NCBI GenBank assembly: GCA_963845565.1
Contig: CAWJSJ010000002.1
Location: 864,001 to 928,000 of the forward strand
Direction of reading: 5' to 3'
Length of the DNA: 64,000 bases
DNA from: an uncultured Methylomirabilota bacterium
GTDB taxonomy: Bacteria > Methylomirabilota > Methylomirabilia > Methylomirabilales > 2-02-FULL-66-22
The notes under the pieces were generated by a model. That model did no database searches. It was not told the DNA's origin and saw only the letters and a program-made list of their open reading frames with translations. Positions 1 through 9,042 of the stretch are shown here, one piece after another (within the stretch, counting starts at the first letter, position 1; each line of letters opens with the position of its first letter). Made by a program: the position numbers and the translations under genes.

Positions 1-1
1 C

Positions 2-859
2 TCGGCGGGAACCATCGGCGTCATCATTCCGCCGTCCATTCCCATGGTGCTCTACGCCTTCGTCTCGGGCGTATCGCTCGGCGACCTGTTCATGGCGGGG
101 ATCATCCCGGGCATCCTGGTCGGCTTATCCCTGATGGTCTGCGCCTTCGTCATCGCGCTGCGGCGCGGGTATCCGACGGAATCGCTGCTGAGCTTCGGCG
201 AGGTGGCGCGAAGCTTCCTGGTCTGCCTGCCGGCCCTGTTCGCCCCGGTCATCATCCTCGGCTCCATCTTCACCGGGATCGTGACGCCGACCGAGGCCGC
301 CGTCATCGCCGTGGTGTACGCCATCGTGGTGGGGCGCTGGGTCTACGGCGACCTCGAATGGCGAATGATCCCCGACATGCTCAGAAAGACCGGGGAGATG
401 ACGGCGGTCATGATGCTGATCATCGGGGCCGGCGACGCCCTGGCCTGGGTGCTCACCGTGGAGAACTTCTCCACCATCTTCTCTCAGTGGATCGTCTCGC
501 TGGCCGGTGGCAAGGTCGCCCTCCTGATCCTGATCAACATCTTCCTCCTGATCCTGGGGGGGCCGATGCCACTGGCGCCGGCACTGCTTCTCACCACGCC
601 GATCCTCTTGCCCGTGGTCAAGGCGGTGGGGGTGGATCCGCTGCACTTCGGGATGATCGTGGTCTGCAACCTGGCCATCAGCATCTGCAGCCCGCCGGTG
701 GGCAACACGCTGTTCATCGCCGCCAAATTGGCCCGAGTCTCGGTGGAGCGCACCTCGCTGGCGCTGGTCCCGTTCATCCTGATCAACATCGTGACGCTTC
801 TGCTCATCACCTATTACCCGCCCTTCAGCCTGTGGCTGCCGAGCGTGCTGCGGCACTAG
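2..859 (+). CDS. dctM: TRAP transporter large permease subunit (5'-partial)
   Basis: Frame is open from the window edge (SAGTIGVIIPPSIPMV...). Motifs IIPPSIP, GIVTPTEAA, GVDPLHFG and SPPVG; highly hydrophobic. Confidence 0.93.
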   Translation, partial: SAGTIGVIIPPSIPMVLYAFVSGVSLGDLFMAGIIPGILVGLSLMVCAFVIALRRGYPTESLLSFGEVARSFLVCLPALFAPVIILGSIFTGIVTPTEAAVIAVVYAIVVGRWVYGDLEWRMIPDMLRKTGEMTAVMMLIIGAGDALAWVLTVENFSTIFSQWIVSLAGGKVALLILINIFLLILGGPMPLAPALLLTTPILLPVVKAVGVDPLHFGMIVVCNLAISICSPPVGNTLFIAAKLARVSVERTSLALVPFILINIVTLLLITYYPPFSLWLPSVLRH

Positions 860-986
860 CGACAGGGATAGCGACAGGGACAGGGGCGAAGACGGGGAGC
901 TGACAGCAGGCAGCGGGCAGCGAACAGGCATAGCGCATAGCGCAAAGGGCAAAGGGTTGGACGCCATGCGCCATGCGCTTTGCGCC
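859..986. repeat. Compound short-period tandem repeats (6-mer GCGACA/GGGACA; 7-mer GCATAGC/GCAAAGG with inverted CGCCATG/CGCTTTG arm)
   Basis: Read directly: gcgaca gggata gcgaca gggaca ... gcatagc gcatagc gcaaagg gcaaagg ... cgccatg cgccatg cgctttg. The arms are imperfect reverse complements. Confidence 0.75.
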
Positions 987-1087
987 GAGGACAAGGAATA
1001 GCAGACAGCGAGCTACCGGAAGCAGGTGCGATGCAGGGGCGTGAGGGCTCACACCCACAGGCGAAACAACCAGCCGAAGGAGCGTCG

Positions 1088-2044
1088 ATGAACAAGCTTG
1101 CGATCATCACCGGCTTCCTGGGGGAGACCCGAAACCGGTACATGGTGTACCAAGGAAACCGGGGGTTGGCCGAGAAGTTCGAGATGCTGGGTCGGATCAA
1201 AGGAGTGGACGGTGTGGAGCTCTGCTACCCCGCGGACTTCGAGAACTCGGCGGAGCTCAAGGAGGTGCTGAAGCGATCCGGCGCGGGAATCGCCGGCGTC
1301 AACTTCCGCTCCCGTCGGACGGGGAAGTGGTGGCGAGGGGCCTATATGGCTGAAAGCCCCGTCGAACGCCAGGAAGTGGTGGAGGACCTCAAGCGCTGCA
1401 TGGATGCCGCTGCCGAGCTGGGCTGCACCCGGATCACCACCTGCCCCCTCAACGACGGGGCGGACACGCTGTTCGAGGTGGATTATCTCAAGGCGTACGA
1501 CTATGCGGCCGAGACGTTCGGAGCGGCCTGTGCCCACAACCGCCAGATCCGGATCTGCATCGAGTACAAGAAGAACGACCCCATCGCCCGCTGCCTCCTC
1601 GGGACCGCGGGGGAAACGGCGGCCTTCTGTCTCCTGACCGGGGCGCCGAACCTGGGCGCCACGCTGGACATCGGCCACGCGCTCTATGCCGAGGAACGCC
1701 CTGCGCAGTCTGCCGCTCTCCTCGCCAAGGCCAATCGGCTCTTCTACGTCCATCTGAACGACAACGACGGCCGCTGGGACTGGGACATGCTCCCGGGGGC
1801 TTTCCACCTCTGGGAGTTCGTCGAGTTGTTCTACACCCTCCGGAAGCTCGGGTACGACAACGACTGGTACGCGTTCGACGTGTACCCGAAAGAGATCGAC
1901 ACGGTTCAGAACTTCACCGCGGCGATGCAGCTCACCCGGAAGCTGGAAGCGATCACCGACCGGATCGACGTCCCCACCATGGAACAGCTCCTCCGGGAGC
2001 GCAACTCGGCGAAGACGTTGCCCTACCTGTACTCATTGTTGTAA
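1088..2044 (+). CDS. Xylose-isomerase-like TIM barrel sugar isomerase/epimerase
   Basis: RBS GAAGGAG before ATG 1088. Metal-binding motifs IEYKKNDP, LDIGH, HLNDN, WDWDM and FDVYP. Confidence 0.85.
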   Translation: MNKLAIITGFLGETRNRYMVYQGNRGLAEKFEMLGRIKGVDGVELCYPADFENSAELKEVLKRSGAGIAGVNFRSRRTGKWWRGAYMAESPVERQEVVEDLKRCMDAAAELGCTRITTCPLNDGADTLFEVDYLKAYDYAAETFGAACAHNRQIRICIEYKKNDPIARCLLGTAGETAAFCLLTGAPNLGATLDIGHALYAEERPAQSAALLAKANRLFYVHLNDNDGRWDWDMLPGAFHLWEFVELFYTLRKLGYDNDWYAFDVYPKEIDTVQNFTAAMQLTRKLEAITDRIDVPTMEQLLRERNSAKTLPYLYSLL

Positions 2045-2066
2045 AGTGCGGCAGCGGCGCTCCTAC

Positions 2067-2191
2067 CGGGCTGCTGAAACAGGCCCATCTGCGGCGTTGG
2101 TTTGGCTCGGCACTCGCTGCGACGTACCTCCAGTATGCCTCGCTCGGCCTACGCCAAACCGCCTTGCATCTGGACCTTTTTGAGCAGCCTG
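2067..2191. mobile_element. MITE-like element, family A, copy 1
   Basis: Inverted ends cgggctgctgaaacagg ... cctttttgagcagcctg. A similar ~126 bp copy lies at 55217-55342. A degenerate third IR sits at about 2204-2220. Confidence 0.75.
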
Positions 2192-2261
2192 GAGGGAACG
2201 CGGTTTGCGGCATCCCGCTGATATGGGAAGCCAGTGACGTCAACCGAATAGCCGAGGAAAG

Positions 2262-3323
2262 GTGGAACGCATGGGAGCCAAGGACCTGCGGGTGAAGGCG
2301 GAGGACCTGAAGACGTTCATGAAGGCGGTATTCGAAAAGGCCGGGTTCACGCCCGAGGGGGCGGAGAACCAGGCGGATGTCCTGGTGTGGGCGAACCTGC
2401 GCGGGGTGGATTCGCACGGGGTCCAGCGCATCTCCTGGTACCTGGAGCTGGTGGACAAGGGCCACATGAAGCCCCGGCCCAACATCCAGATCCAGAAGGA
2501 AACGCCGGCTACCCTGCTCATCGACGCGGACTTCGCGCCGGGACCGGTGGTGACCGTCCTGGCGATGCGGAAGGTGATCGAGAAGGCGCGGAAGGTCGGG
2601 ATCGGCTGGGCCGTGATCCGGAACACGCTGCATCAGGGGGCGATGGGCTACTACTCGCTCATGGCCGCGAACGAGGGCATGGCGGGCATCGCCATCGTGT
2701 GTAACCCCCCCAACATGGCCCCCTACGGCGCCCGGGCGGCCGGCGTCCACAACAGCCCAATCGCCATCTGCGTTCCCGGCAAGCGCCACAAGCCCCTGAT
2801 GCTGGACATGGCGACCAGCGTGGCGGCGCGCGGCAAGCTGGACGTGGCCGAAGACAAGGGGATCGCGATCCCGCTGGGCTGGGCGCTGGACAAGGACGGC
2901 AAGCCCACCACCGATCCGAAAGCGAGCACGGTCCTGCTGCCCGCCGGCGGGGGAAAGGGGTCCGGCCTGGCCATGCTCTTCGAGTGCCTGACGAGCCTGT
3001 TCGTGGCGAACCCGCTCCTCACGCCCGTCTTCGAGGGCAAGCCGGGCGCCACGACCCACCGACAGAACAGCGTGGTGGCGGCGGTGGACATCGCCACCTT
3101 CACGGACCTCGCGCAGTACAAGGCGAACGCCGACGCTATCGTGGACGGAATCAAGGCGCTGCCGACGGCGGAAGGGTTTTCGGAGGTCCTGGTGCCCGGG
3201 GAGCCGGAAGACCGCGTGCAGGCCGAACGGGCCAAGAGCGGCATTCCGCTTCCTGAGGGGACGTTCCTCAAGATGAAGAACGCCTCCGTGCGGTTTGGTG
3301 TCCCACTGCCGGTCGGACTGTAA
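2262..3323 (+). CDS. Ldh_2 family oxidoreductase (type 2 malate/L-lactate/ureidoglycolate dehydrogenase-like)
   Basis: Motifs ANLRGVDSHG, HQGAMGYY, LDMATS, PLGWALDKDGKPTTDP, KGSGLA and VPGEPE. Confidence 0.92.
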   Translation: MERMGAKDLRVKAEDLKTFMKAVFEKAGFTPEGAENQADVLVWANLRGVDSHGVQRISWYLELVDKGHMKPRPNIQIQKETPATLLIDADFAPGPVVTVLAMRKVIEKARKVGIGWAVIRNTLHQGAMGYYSLMAANEGMAGIAIVCNPPNMAPYGARAAGVHNSPIAICVPGKRHKPLMLDMATSVAARGKLDVAEDKGIAIPLGWALDKDGKPTTDPKASTVLLPAGGGKGSGLAMLFECLTSLFVANPLLTPVFEGKPGATTHRQNSVVAAVDIATFTDLAQYKANADAIVDGIKALPTAEGFSEVLVPGEPEDRVQAERAKSGIPLPEGTFLKMKNASVRFGVPLPVGL

Positions 3324-3325
3324 GA

Positions 3326-3445
3326 ACCGACAGAGACAGGGACAGCGAAGGGGACAGCGACAGCGACAGGGGAGGGCTCCGGTGTCGGATGCTCTCTGCT
3401 GTCCCCGCCTGCCTGGCGGGCAGGGCTGTCGGAGATCGCTGTCGC
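3326..3445. repeat. 6-mer tandem repeat (GGGACA/GCGACA) with degenerate inverted arm and internal CCTGCC-N5-GGCAGG palindrome
   Basis: gacaga gacagg gacagc gaaggg gacagc gacagc gacagg ... ctgtcc ... ctgtcg ... ctgtcg. Confidence 0.65.
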
Positions 3446-3476
3446 CCCCCTTTCTTTATCCACCGCGAGGATGCGC

Positions 3477-4298
3477 ATGATCAAGCTCAGCTACGCGGTT
3501 GCTCTGCCTGATTGCAAGGCCAAGAAGATGCAGTGTTTCCGGGGCGATCTGGACGCCATCTGCGGACAGCTCAAGGCGCTGGGATATGACGGCGTCGAAT
3601 TGTTTGCGCGCAATCCGCGGGAGCTGGACCAGCACGCAATCGCGGCCACGATCCAGAGGCACGACCTCGTCGTGCCCGAGATCAGCACCGGCCCGGCGAG
3701 CGAGGATGGGCTGTCGCTCACCGATCCGGACCCGGCGATGCGGCAGCGGGCGCTGGGACGCCTGCGGGACTATGTGGACATGGCCTCCCGCTGGGGCGCC
3801 CAGATGCACCTGGGGCGCATCCGGGGAAGCGTCCCCGAGGGGCCCGCGGCGGCAGAGGCGTGGACGCAGATGAAGGAGGGGTTCCTTCAGACCGCCGAGT
3901 ACGGCCAGAGCCGCGGCGTCCGGGTGCTGCTGGAGCCCCAGTGCCGCTTCCAGGGCAACACGCTGCTCTCCGTGGTCGAGGGCATCGCCTTCATGAGGGA
4001 GCTCGGCCATCCGAACCTCGGGATCGTGGCCGACACCTTCCACATGAACATCGAGGATGTGTCGCTTCCCGCCAGCCTGGTGGCCGCGAAGCCCTACCTG
4101 ACGCACGTGCACTTCGCGGACAGCAACCGCTGGTATCCGGGTGGGGGCCACATCAACTTCCGGGAGATCCTGGAGGCGCTCAGGCTGATCGACTACGACC
4201 GCTTCATCACCATGGAGATGGAGCAGTATCCCGACTCGGCGACGGCGGCGCGGCGCGCCATCCAGACGGTACGAGCGCTGCTCGATGGCATGCAGTGA
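3477..4298 (+). CDS. Sugar phosphate isomerase/epimerase, IolO (5-keto-L-gluconate epimerase)/D-tagatose 3-epimerase-like
   Basis: Motifs GYDGVEL, LEPQCRFQ, DTFHMNIED, HVHFADSNRWYPGGGH and TME. Alternative start at 3471. Confidence 0.85.
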   Translation: MIKLSYAVALPDCKAKKMQCFRGDLDAICGQLKALGYDGVELFARNPRELDQHAIAATIQRHDLVVPEISTGPASEDGLSLTDPDPAMRQRALGRLRDYVDMASRWGAQMHLGRIRGSVPEGPAAAEAWTQMKEGFLQTAEYGQSRGVRVLLEPQCRFQGNTLLSVVEGIAFMRELGHPNLGIVADTFHMNIEDVSLPASLVAAKPYLTHVHFADSNRWYPGGGHINFREILEALRLIDYDRFITMEMEQYPDSATAARRAIQTVRALLDGMQ

Positions 4299-4456
4299 CC
4301 AGTGGCCAGATCCCAATGACCAACCCACGCCATCGTAGGCTCCCTGCGGCCATCGGGCACGCCGGCCACCAAGCTCCCCCGGCCGAAAGGGCGGCGCGCA
4401 GGCGGTTGTCCGGCCCGGCGGGTCCGCGCGGCCGTCTCGAGACACTATGTCTGGCA

Positions 4457-4486
4457 TTGACATCCATATGATTGTGCCGATAAGAT
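4457..4486 (+). promoter_or_regulatory. Sigma70-type promoter of vapBC
   Basis: TTGACA-18bp-TAAGAT in a locally AT-rich stretch about 50 bp before vapB. Confidence 0.55.
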
Positions 4487-4537
4487 ATGTCGAGAATGTG
4501 ACGAAATGTACGGTACTTTCAATGAGTGGTGGATATC

Positions 4538-4759
4538 ATGAAAACGACCATTGAGATTGACGAGAAGGCGTTGAAAGAAGCGCAGCGGGCGCTTGGGACG
4601 ACGACAATCAAGGGGACGGTAAACGCCAGCCTGAAAGAGGTGGTTCGACAAAGACAACTGCAGGCGCTGGCAGATGCCCTGGGCACCATCGAGCTCGACC
4701 TGACGCCCGACCAGCTCCGCCGGCAGCGCGCAAAGCGAACTACCCATGCATCTCGTTGA
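4538..4759 (+). CDS. vapB: Type II TA antitoxin, VapB family
   Basis: MKTTIEIDEKALKEAQRALGTTTIKGTVNASL matches the RHH-like VapB pattern and overlaps the downstream PIN gene. Confidence 0.85.
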   Translation: MKTTIEIDEKALKEAQRALGTTTIKGTVNASLKEVVRQRQLQALADALGTIELDLTPDQLRRQRAKRTTHASR

Positions 4760-5159
4760 CACATCGGTCTGGGTACACGCCTTGCGGCCGTCCGGCCACA
4801 CCGCGATCCGTGCCCTCCTGCGCCCCTTGATCCTGAATGGGGAAGTCGCGGTCACGGAGTGGATCCTCCTGGAACTCATGACTGGCCTGCGCACGTCCGA
4901 ACGGAAGGATTCCCTGCTGCAATGGTTCGCCCCGATTTCCCGTCTCCCGTTTGAGGCCTCGTGGTGGGAACACGCATGGGACCTCGCTGCTCGACTGCGG
5001 CGAGAGGGGGTCACGCCGACTGCGGCGGACTGCCTGATCGCTACGGTGGCCATCAAACACCAGGCTGTCCTGATCCATTGTGACAAGGACTTTGAGTCGA
5101 TGAAGCCACTTTTTTCATTGGTGACCCTCGACTGGACGCCCTATCTTTCACGGCGGTAG
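4746..5159 (+). CDS. vapC: Type II TA toxin, PIN-domain ribonuclease
   Basis: LVDTSVWV, ILLELMTG, ADCLIA and HCDKDF carry the PIN acidic tetrad. Confidence 0.92.
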   Translation: MHLVDTSVWVHALRPSGHTAIRALLRPLILNGEVAVTEWILLELMTGLRTSERKDSLLQWFAPISRLPFEASWWEHAWDLAARLRREGVTPTAADCLIATVAIKHQAVLIHCDKDFESMKPLFSLVTLDWTPYLSRR

Positions 5160-5927
5160 GTGCCGGGAGACGCCGTGGGATCACATGACCAGGCTTTCAT
5201 TCGCCGAGGCATCGCGGAGAAGTACCGCGAGGTCGCGGTCTCAGCTCGGGGGCTCTTCAAGTATCCGATCGGGGAAGCCGGCGCCCTCGGGTTGGGGTAC
5301 CCACCGGCGCTCGTTGCCCGGGTGCCTGATCTGGTCCGGGCGCGGTTCGTCGGGGTGGGGAATCCCTTTGCCCTCGGCGGGATCGCGCCGGGTGATGCGG
5401 TCCTCGACCTCGGGTGCGGCGCCGGTTTCGACACCTTCATGAGCGCGTTTGCCGCAGGGCCACTGGGACGTGTCGCCGGAATTGACCTCTCGGCCGAGAT
5501 GCTGGCGATCGCCGAACTGGGCCGCGCCGAGGCGCGGCTGACGAATGTGGAGTTTCGCGAGGCCATGATCGAGGCCCTTCCGTTTCCGGACGCCTCGTTC
5601 GACATCGCCCTGAGCAACGGTGTCCTGAATCTGATCCCGGACAAACCCGCCGCCCTGCGCGAGGTCTTCCGCGTCCTCAAGCGCGGCGGCCGACTGCAGG
5701 CGTGCGACATGGGCCTCGTCGGCGAGGCGCCTCCGCCCGACAAGGCTCCCTGGTCCGATTGAATCGCCGGGGCCGTGACGAGGAAGGTCTTCCTCGCGAT
5801 GCTCGAAGAGGCCGGATTCCTGGAGGCGCGCTGCGCGGGGACCGGCACATATCGCACCTCGGCGTTTACCCAGGCGACGTTCTACACGGCGCGGAAGCCA
5901 GGTGGTGGGTCCGTGACGCTGGCGTGA
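5160..5927 (+). CDS. ArsM-like SAM-dependent methyltransferase, probable selenoprotein (UGA 5760-5762 = Sec)
   Basis: SAM motif VLDLGCGAGFD. The frame continues past TGA as WSD-U-IAGAVTRKVFLAMLEEAGF...ARKP to TGA 5925-5927. U aligns with the Cys of the ArsM W-x-x-C-I-A-G-A motif, and a SECIS-like hairpin follows. Confidence 0.8.
5779..5796 (+). promoter_or_regulatory. Putative bacterial SECIS element
   Basis: Perfect 7-bp stem CGAGGAA/TTCCTCG with loop GGTC. 23 nt separate the UGA from the loop, and the loop begins with G. Confidence 0.7.
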
Positions 5928-6128
5928 ATAAGAGGACACCTCCGCCGCCCGGACCATGTCGCTTCGTCATCTCTGCCGGCGACGCTCCACACTTTTCCTT
6001 GCTCCGTTTGGGCGTTTGCAATACAACTGAGTGGACGCCTTGGCGAATCCGGCGGACCGTGGTTGTCCGCCGGCTCGAACTCGACACTCCATGGGGCGAG
6101 TGGTGTCGCCCAGAACAAGGAGCCAACC

Positions 6129-6968
6129 ATGCCGGCACTCATCCGGAACTCTGCCAACCAGAATCAGCCGATCATCACGCAGAAGAACGGAACGCTCTCT
6201 CGGACGTATTTCAACCTGGTCCGGCTCGGCCGGGGTGAGGAGTACCGGACTAAGGTTGCGGGCGTCGAGACGGTCTATGTGGTGATGACCGGCAACGTGG
6301 ACATCCAGGTGGACGGAACCACCTTCCGGGACGTCGGGCGCCGCAAAGATATCTGGTCGGGGAATGCGGATTCCGTGTATGCCGGCGCCGGCTCTGCCGT
6401 CCAGGTGCGTGCCAACCAGGACGGGACGGAAATCGCCGTGGCGGGTGGGATCTGCGACACCGCCCATTCGCCCTTCCGAGTGCTGCCGGCGGAGGTGGAC
6501 ATGGTGGATGTCGGCTCCATCGAGACGCGATCGCATCGGCGCATCTTCCACATCCTGGGCAAGAATGCGGCAGGTCGGGCGGGTAATCTCCTGGTGAGCG
6601 AATTGTATTGCGACCACGGCTGCTGGTCGGGGTACCCCCCGCACAAGCACAACGAGGATCGGGGGAGCGCGGAAACGGACCATGAAGAAACCTACCACTA
6701 CCGCTTCCGCCCCGAGACGGGTTTCGGAGCGCAGCTCTGCTTCCAGCCGGATGGCTCCTCCCAGTGCTTCATGACGCGGCACGGCGATACCTTTCTGCTG
6801 GACCGCGGATATCATCCGACCGTCACGTCGCCCGGCCACGAGGAGTACATCTTCACGATCCTGGTCGGAAAGAGCCAGCGCGGCCTGGTGCAGCACTTCA
6901 AGGAGGATTACCACTATCTGATGGCGGGAATCCCGGGCATCCAGGACATGGTCAACAAGTTCAAGTGA
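6129..6968 (+). CDS. iolB: 5-deoxy-glucuronate isomerase (IolB/KduI family)
   Basis: RBS AAGGAG. Motifs WSGYPPHKH, HEETYHYRF and GYHPTVTSPG. Confidence 0.88.
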   Translation: MPALIRNSANQNQPIITQKNGTLSRTYFNLVRLGRGEEYRTKVAGVETVYVVMTGNVDIQVDGTTFRDVGRRKDIWSGNADSVYAGAGSAVQVRANQDGTEIAVAGGICDTAHSPFRVLPAEVDMVDVGSIETRSHRRIFHILGKNAAGRAGNLLVSELYCDHGCWSGYPPHKHNEDRGSAETDHEETYHYRFRPETGFGAQLCFQPDGSSQCFMTRHGDTFLLDRGYHPTVTSPGHEEYIFTILVGKSQRGLVQHFKEDYHYLMAGIPGIQDMVNKFK

Positions 6969-7076
6969 GGGTCGAAAGGAGAACGTTCGGCGGTTCGGGT
7001 TTCAACGGTTCGGAAGTGCGGGAGGATGGGGATACGAGCGGGTCCGAAAAAACCGCGGTGCAAGAGGAGCGGGGAC

Positions 7077-7844
7077 ATGGGAAGCGATCTCTTCGATTTG
7101 ACGGGCAAGGTGGCGCTGATTACCGGTGCGACGCAGGGGATTGGGTTTGCCATCGCACGCGGGCTGGCGCAAGCCGGGGCCCGGGTCGTCATCAATGCGC
7201 GCAACCAAGAGAAGCTGGACCGAGCCGTGGCGAAGCTCTCCTCGGAGGGGCTGCCGGTTTCCGGGAGCTGTTTCGACGTGATGAAATCGGATCAGATCCA
7301 GGAACGGGTCCAGGCCCTGGAGCGGGAATTTGGGCGGATTGACATCCTGGTGAACAACGCGGGAATTCAGCGCCGGATGCCGCTGGAGAACTTCGACGAG
7401 GCCGTCTGGCGCGAGGTGCTGGAGACGAATCTCACGGCCGTCTTTTTGGTCACCAAGCAAGTGGCGCAAGGAATGATCGCGCGAAAGTCGGGGAAGATCA
7501 TCAATATCTGTTCGCTCATGTGCGAGGCGGCCCGGCCCACGGTGGCGGCGTACACGGCAGCCAAGGGCGGGGTGAAGCAGCTCACCAAGGCCATGGCGGT
7601 GGAATGGGCGAAGCACAACATCCAGGCCAACGGCCTCGGCCCGGGCTACATCCTGACCGAGATGAACCGACCGCTCATCGACGATGCCAAGTTCAACGCC
7701 TGGGTGTGCGGACGAACCCCGGCCGGCCGCTGGGCGGATCCCACCGAGCTTGTCGGCACGGCGGTCTTCCTCGCATCGAAGGCGTCCGATTTTGTGAATG
7801 GGCAGATCATCAATGTGGACGGCGGGATTCTCGCGGCGTTGTAA
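7077..7844 (+). CDS. Gluconate 5-dehydrogenase-like SDR (IdnO/KduD family)
   Basis: TGATQGIG, NNAGIQRR, YTAAKGG, NIQANGLGPGY and RTPAGRW. Confidence 0.88.
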   Translation: MGSDLFDLTGKVALITGATQGIGFAIARGLAQAGARVVINARNQEKLDRAVAKLSSEGLPVSGSCFDVMKSDQIQERVQALEREFGRIDILVNNAGIQRRMPLENFDEAVWREVLETNLTAVFLVTKQVAQGMIARKSGKIINICSLMCEAARPTVAAYTAAKGGVKQLTKAMAVEWAKHNIQANGLGPGYILTEMNRPLIDDAKFNAWVCGRTPAGRWADPTELVGTAVFLASKASDFVNGQIINVDGGILAAL

Positions 7845-7847
7845 GGA

Positions 7848-7998
7848 AGCAACCAGCGATCAGCTTTCAGCGGTCAGCCCTCAAGGAGAGACGGGGCGGA
7901 AATGAAAGACTTCCGACGGCTGGCGGAGGTGAAGCGCATGCTGGCACCGTCCATTCGGAAGCTGAAAGCTGACCGCTGAATGCTGATTGCTGACCGCT
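7848..7998. repeat. Inverted 7-mer tandem arrays (AGCnnTC ... GCTGAnn) flanking a mini-ORF
   Basis: Left arm agcaacc agcgatc agctttc agcggtc agccctc; right arm gctgaaa gctgacc gctgaat gctgatt gctgacc gct. Confidence 0.85.
7902..7979 (+). pseudogene. Internally deleted four-helix-bundle (23S rRNA IVP/Avd-like) gene remnant, 25 aa
   Basis: Translates to MKDFRRLAEVKRMLAPSIRKLKADR*. It resembles the family N-terminus (MKDFRxL) fused to its C-terminus (EVKRMLxxxIxKL). Confidence 0.6.
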
Positions 7999-8010
7999 AA
8001 GGACACCACC

Positions 8011-9042
8011 ATGGAAAAGCTCAAGGTCCTCGTCCTCGGCACCGGGTTCTTCGGAAAGAACTGGCTGCGGGGGCTGTCCGCGTGCGGCGACTGCGAGGTG
8101 GCCGGTCTCGTCGGCAAGCATCCCGAAATCCTTGCCGCGGCCGGAGAGGAGTTCGGCGTTCCGGCGGCGCGGCGATTCGCGACCGTTTCGGATGGGCTGG
8201 ACCGTGCAGGCGCCCAGGCCGTGGTGGTGGCGCTTCCCGAGATGGTACACAAGGAGGCGGTCCTGGCCGCGCTCGGCCGAGGACTTCATGTCCTGACGGA
8301 GAAACCCCTGGCGATGACCATGGCGGAGGCCAGGGAGATCGTGCGCGCTGCCCGTAGCGTTCCGGCGTCGGTTGTGATGGTGGATCAGAACTACCGCTGG
8401 CGGCCGCAGACGAGGACGCTGCGGCAGGCGGTCCGCGACGGACGAATCGGGGCGATCGGGGCGATCGGCTACGAATATCGCCAGCCGATCACCCGCACCA
8501 CCACCGATGCGTGGCGCGAGACGATGCCGCACCCGTTCCTGCACGACATGGCCCCTCACCACTTCGACCTCCTGCGTGCCTGTACCGGGCTTGAGTGCGA
8601 GCAGGTCGTGGCCAGGGGCGTGCGCCCTGCGTGGAATTGGTATCGGGGGGTGCCCGCCGTGGACGCGATCCTCTCCTTCGAGGGGGGTGTGAGCGCGAGC
8701 TACACCGGCAGCATGGTCGCCCGCGGGTTGGCGACCTCCCAGGATGGGATCATCACTGTGGTGGGAGAGGGCGGCACGCTGCGCTTGGAGGCCGACTCGC
8801 AGGTCCGCTGGTATGGCGAGAAAGGCGGATCGGAAGTGATTCCCCATGTGGCGATGCCGTTCACCGATCTGGCCGGCACGCTGCAGGAATTCCTGGCTGC
8901 CATCCGGGAGGTGCGGAAACCCGAGACGCATCTGGAGGACAACGTGCGGACGCTCGCCATGGTGGAGGCGGCCATCCGATCGGTAGAGACCGGCCGGCCC
9001 GTCGCGGTCGGCCCCCTGGTGGCGGAAGCCCTGCAGGGGTGA
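8011..9042 (+). CDS. Gfo/Idh/MocA family oxidoreductase
   Basis: GTGFFG Rossmann motif, HVLTEKPLA and DMAPHHFD. Confidence 0.92.
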   Translation: MEKLKVLVLGTGFFGKNWLRGLSACGDCEVAGLVGKHPEILAAAGEEFGVPAARRFATVSDGLDRAGAQAVVVALPEMVHKEAVLAALGRGLHVLTEKPLAMTMAEAREIVRAARSVPASVVMVDQNYRWRPQTRTLRQAVRDGRIGAIGAIGYEYRQPITRTTTDAWRETMPHPFLHDMAPHHFDLLRACTGLECEQVVARGVRPAWNWYRGVPAVDAILSFEGGVSASYTGSMVARGLATSQDGIITVVGEGGTLRLEADSQVRWYGEKGGSEVIPHVAMPFTDLAGTLQEFLAAIREVRKPETHLEDNVRTLAMVEAAIRSVETGRPVAVGPLVAEALQG

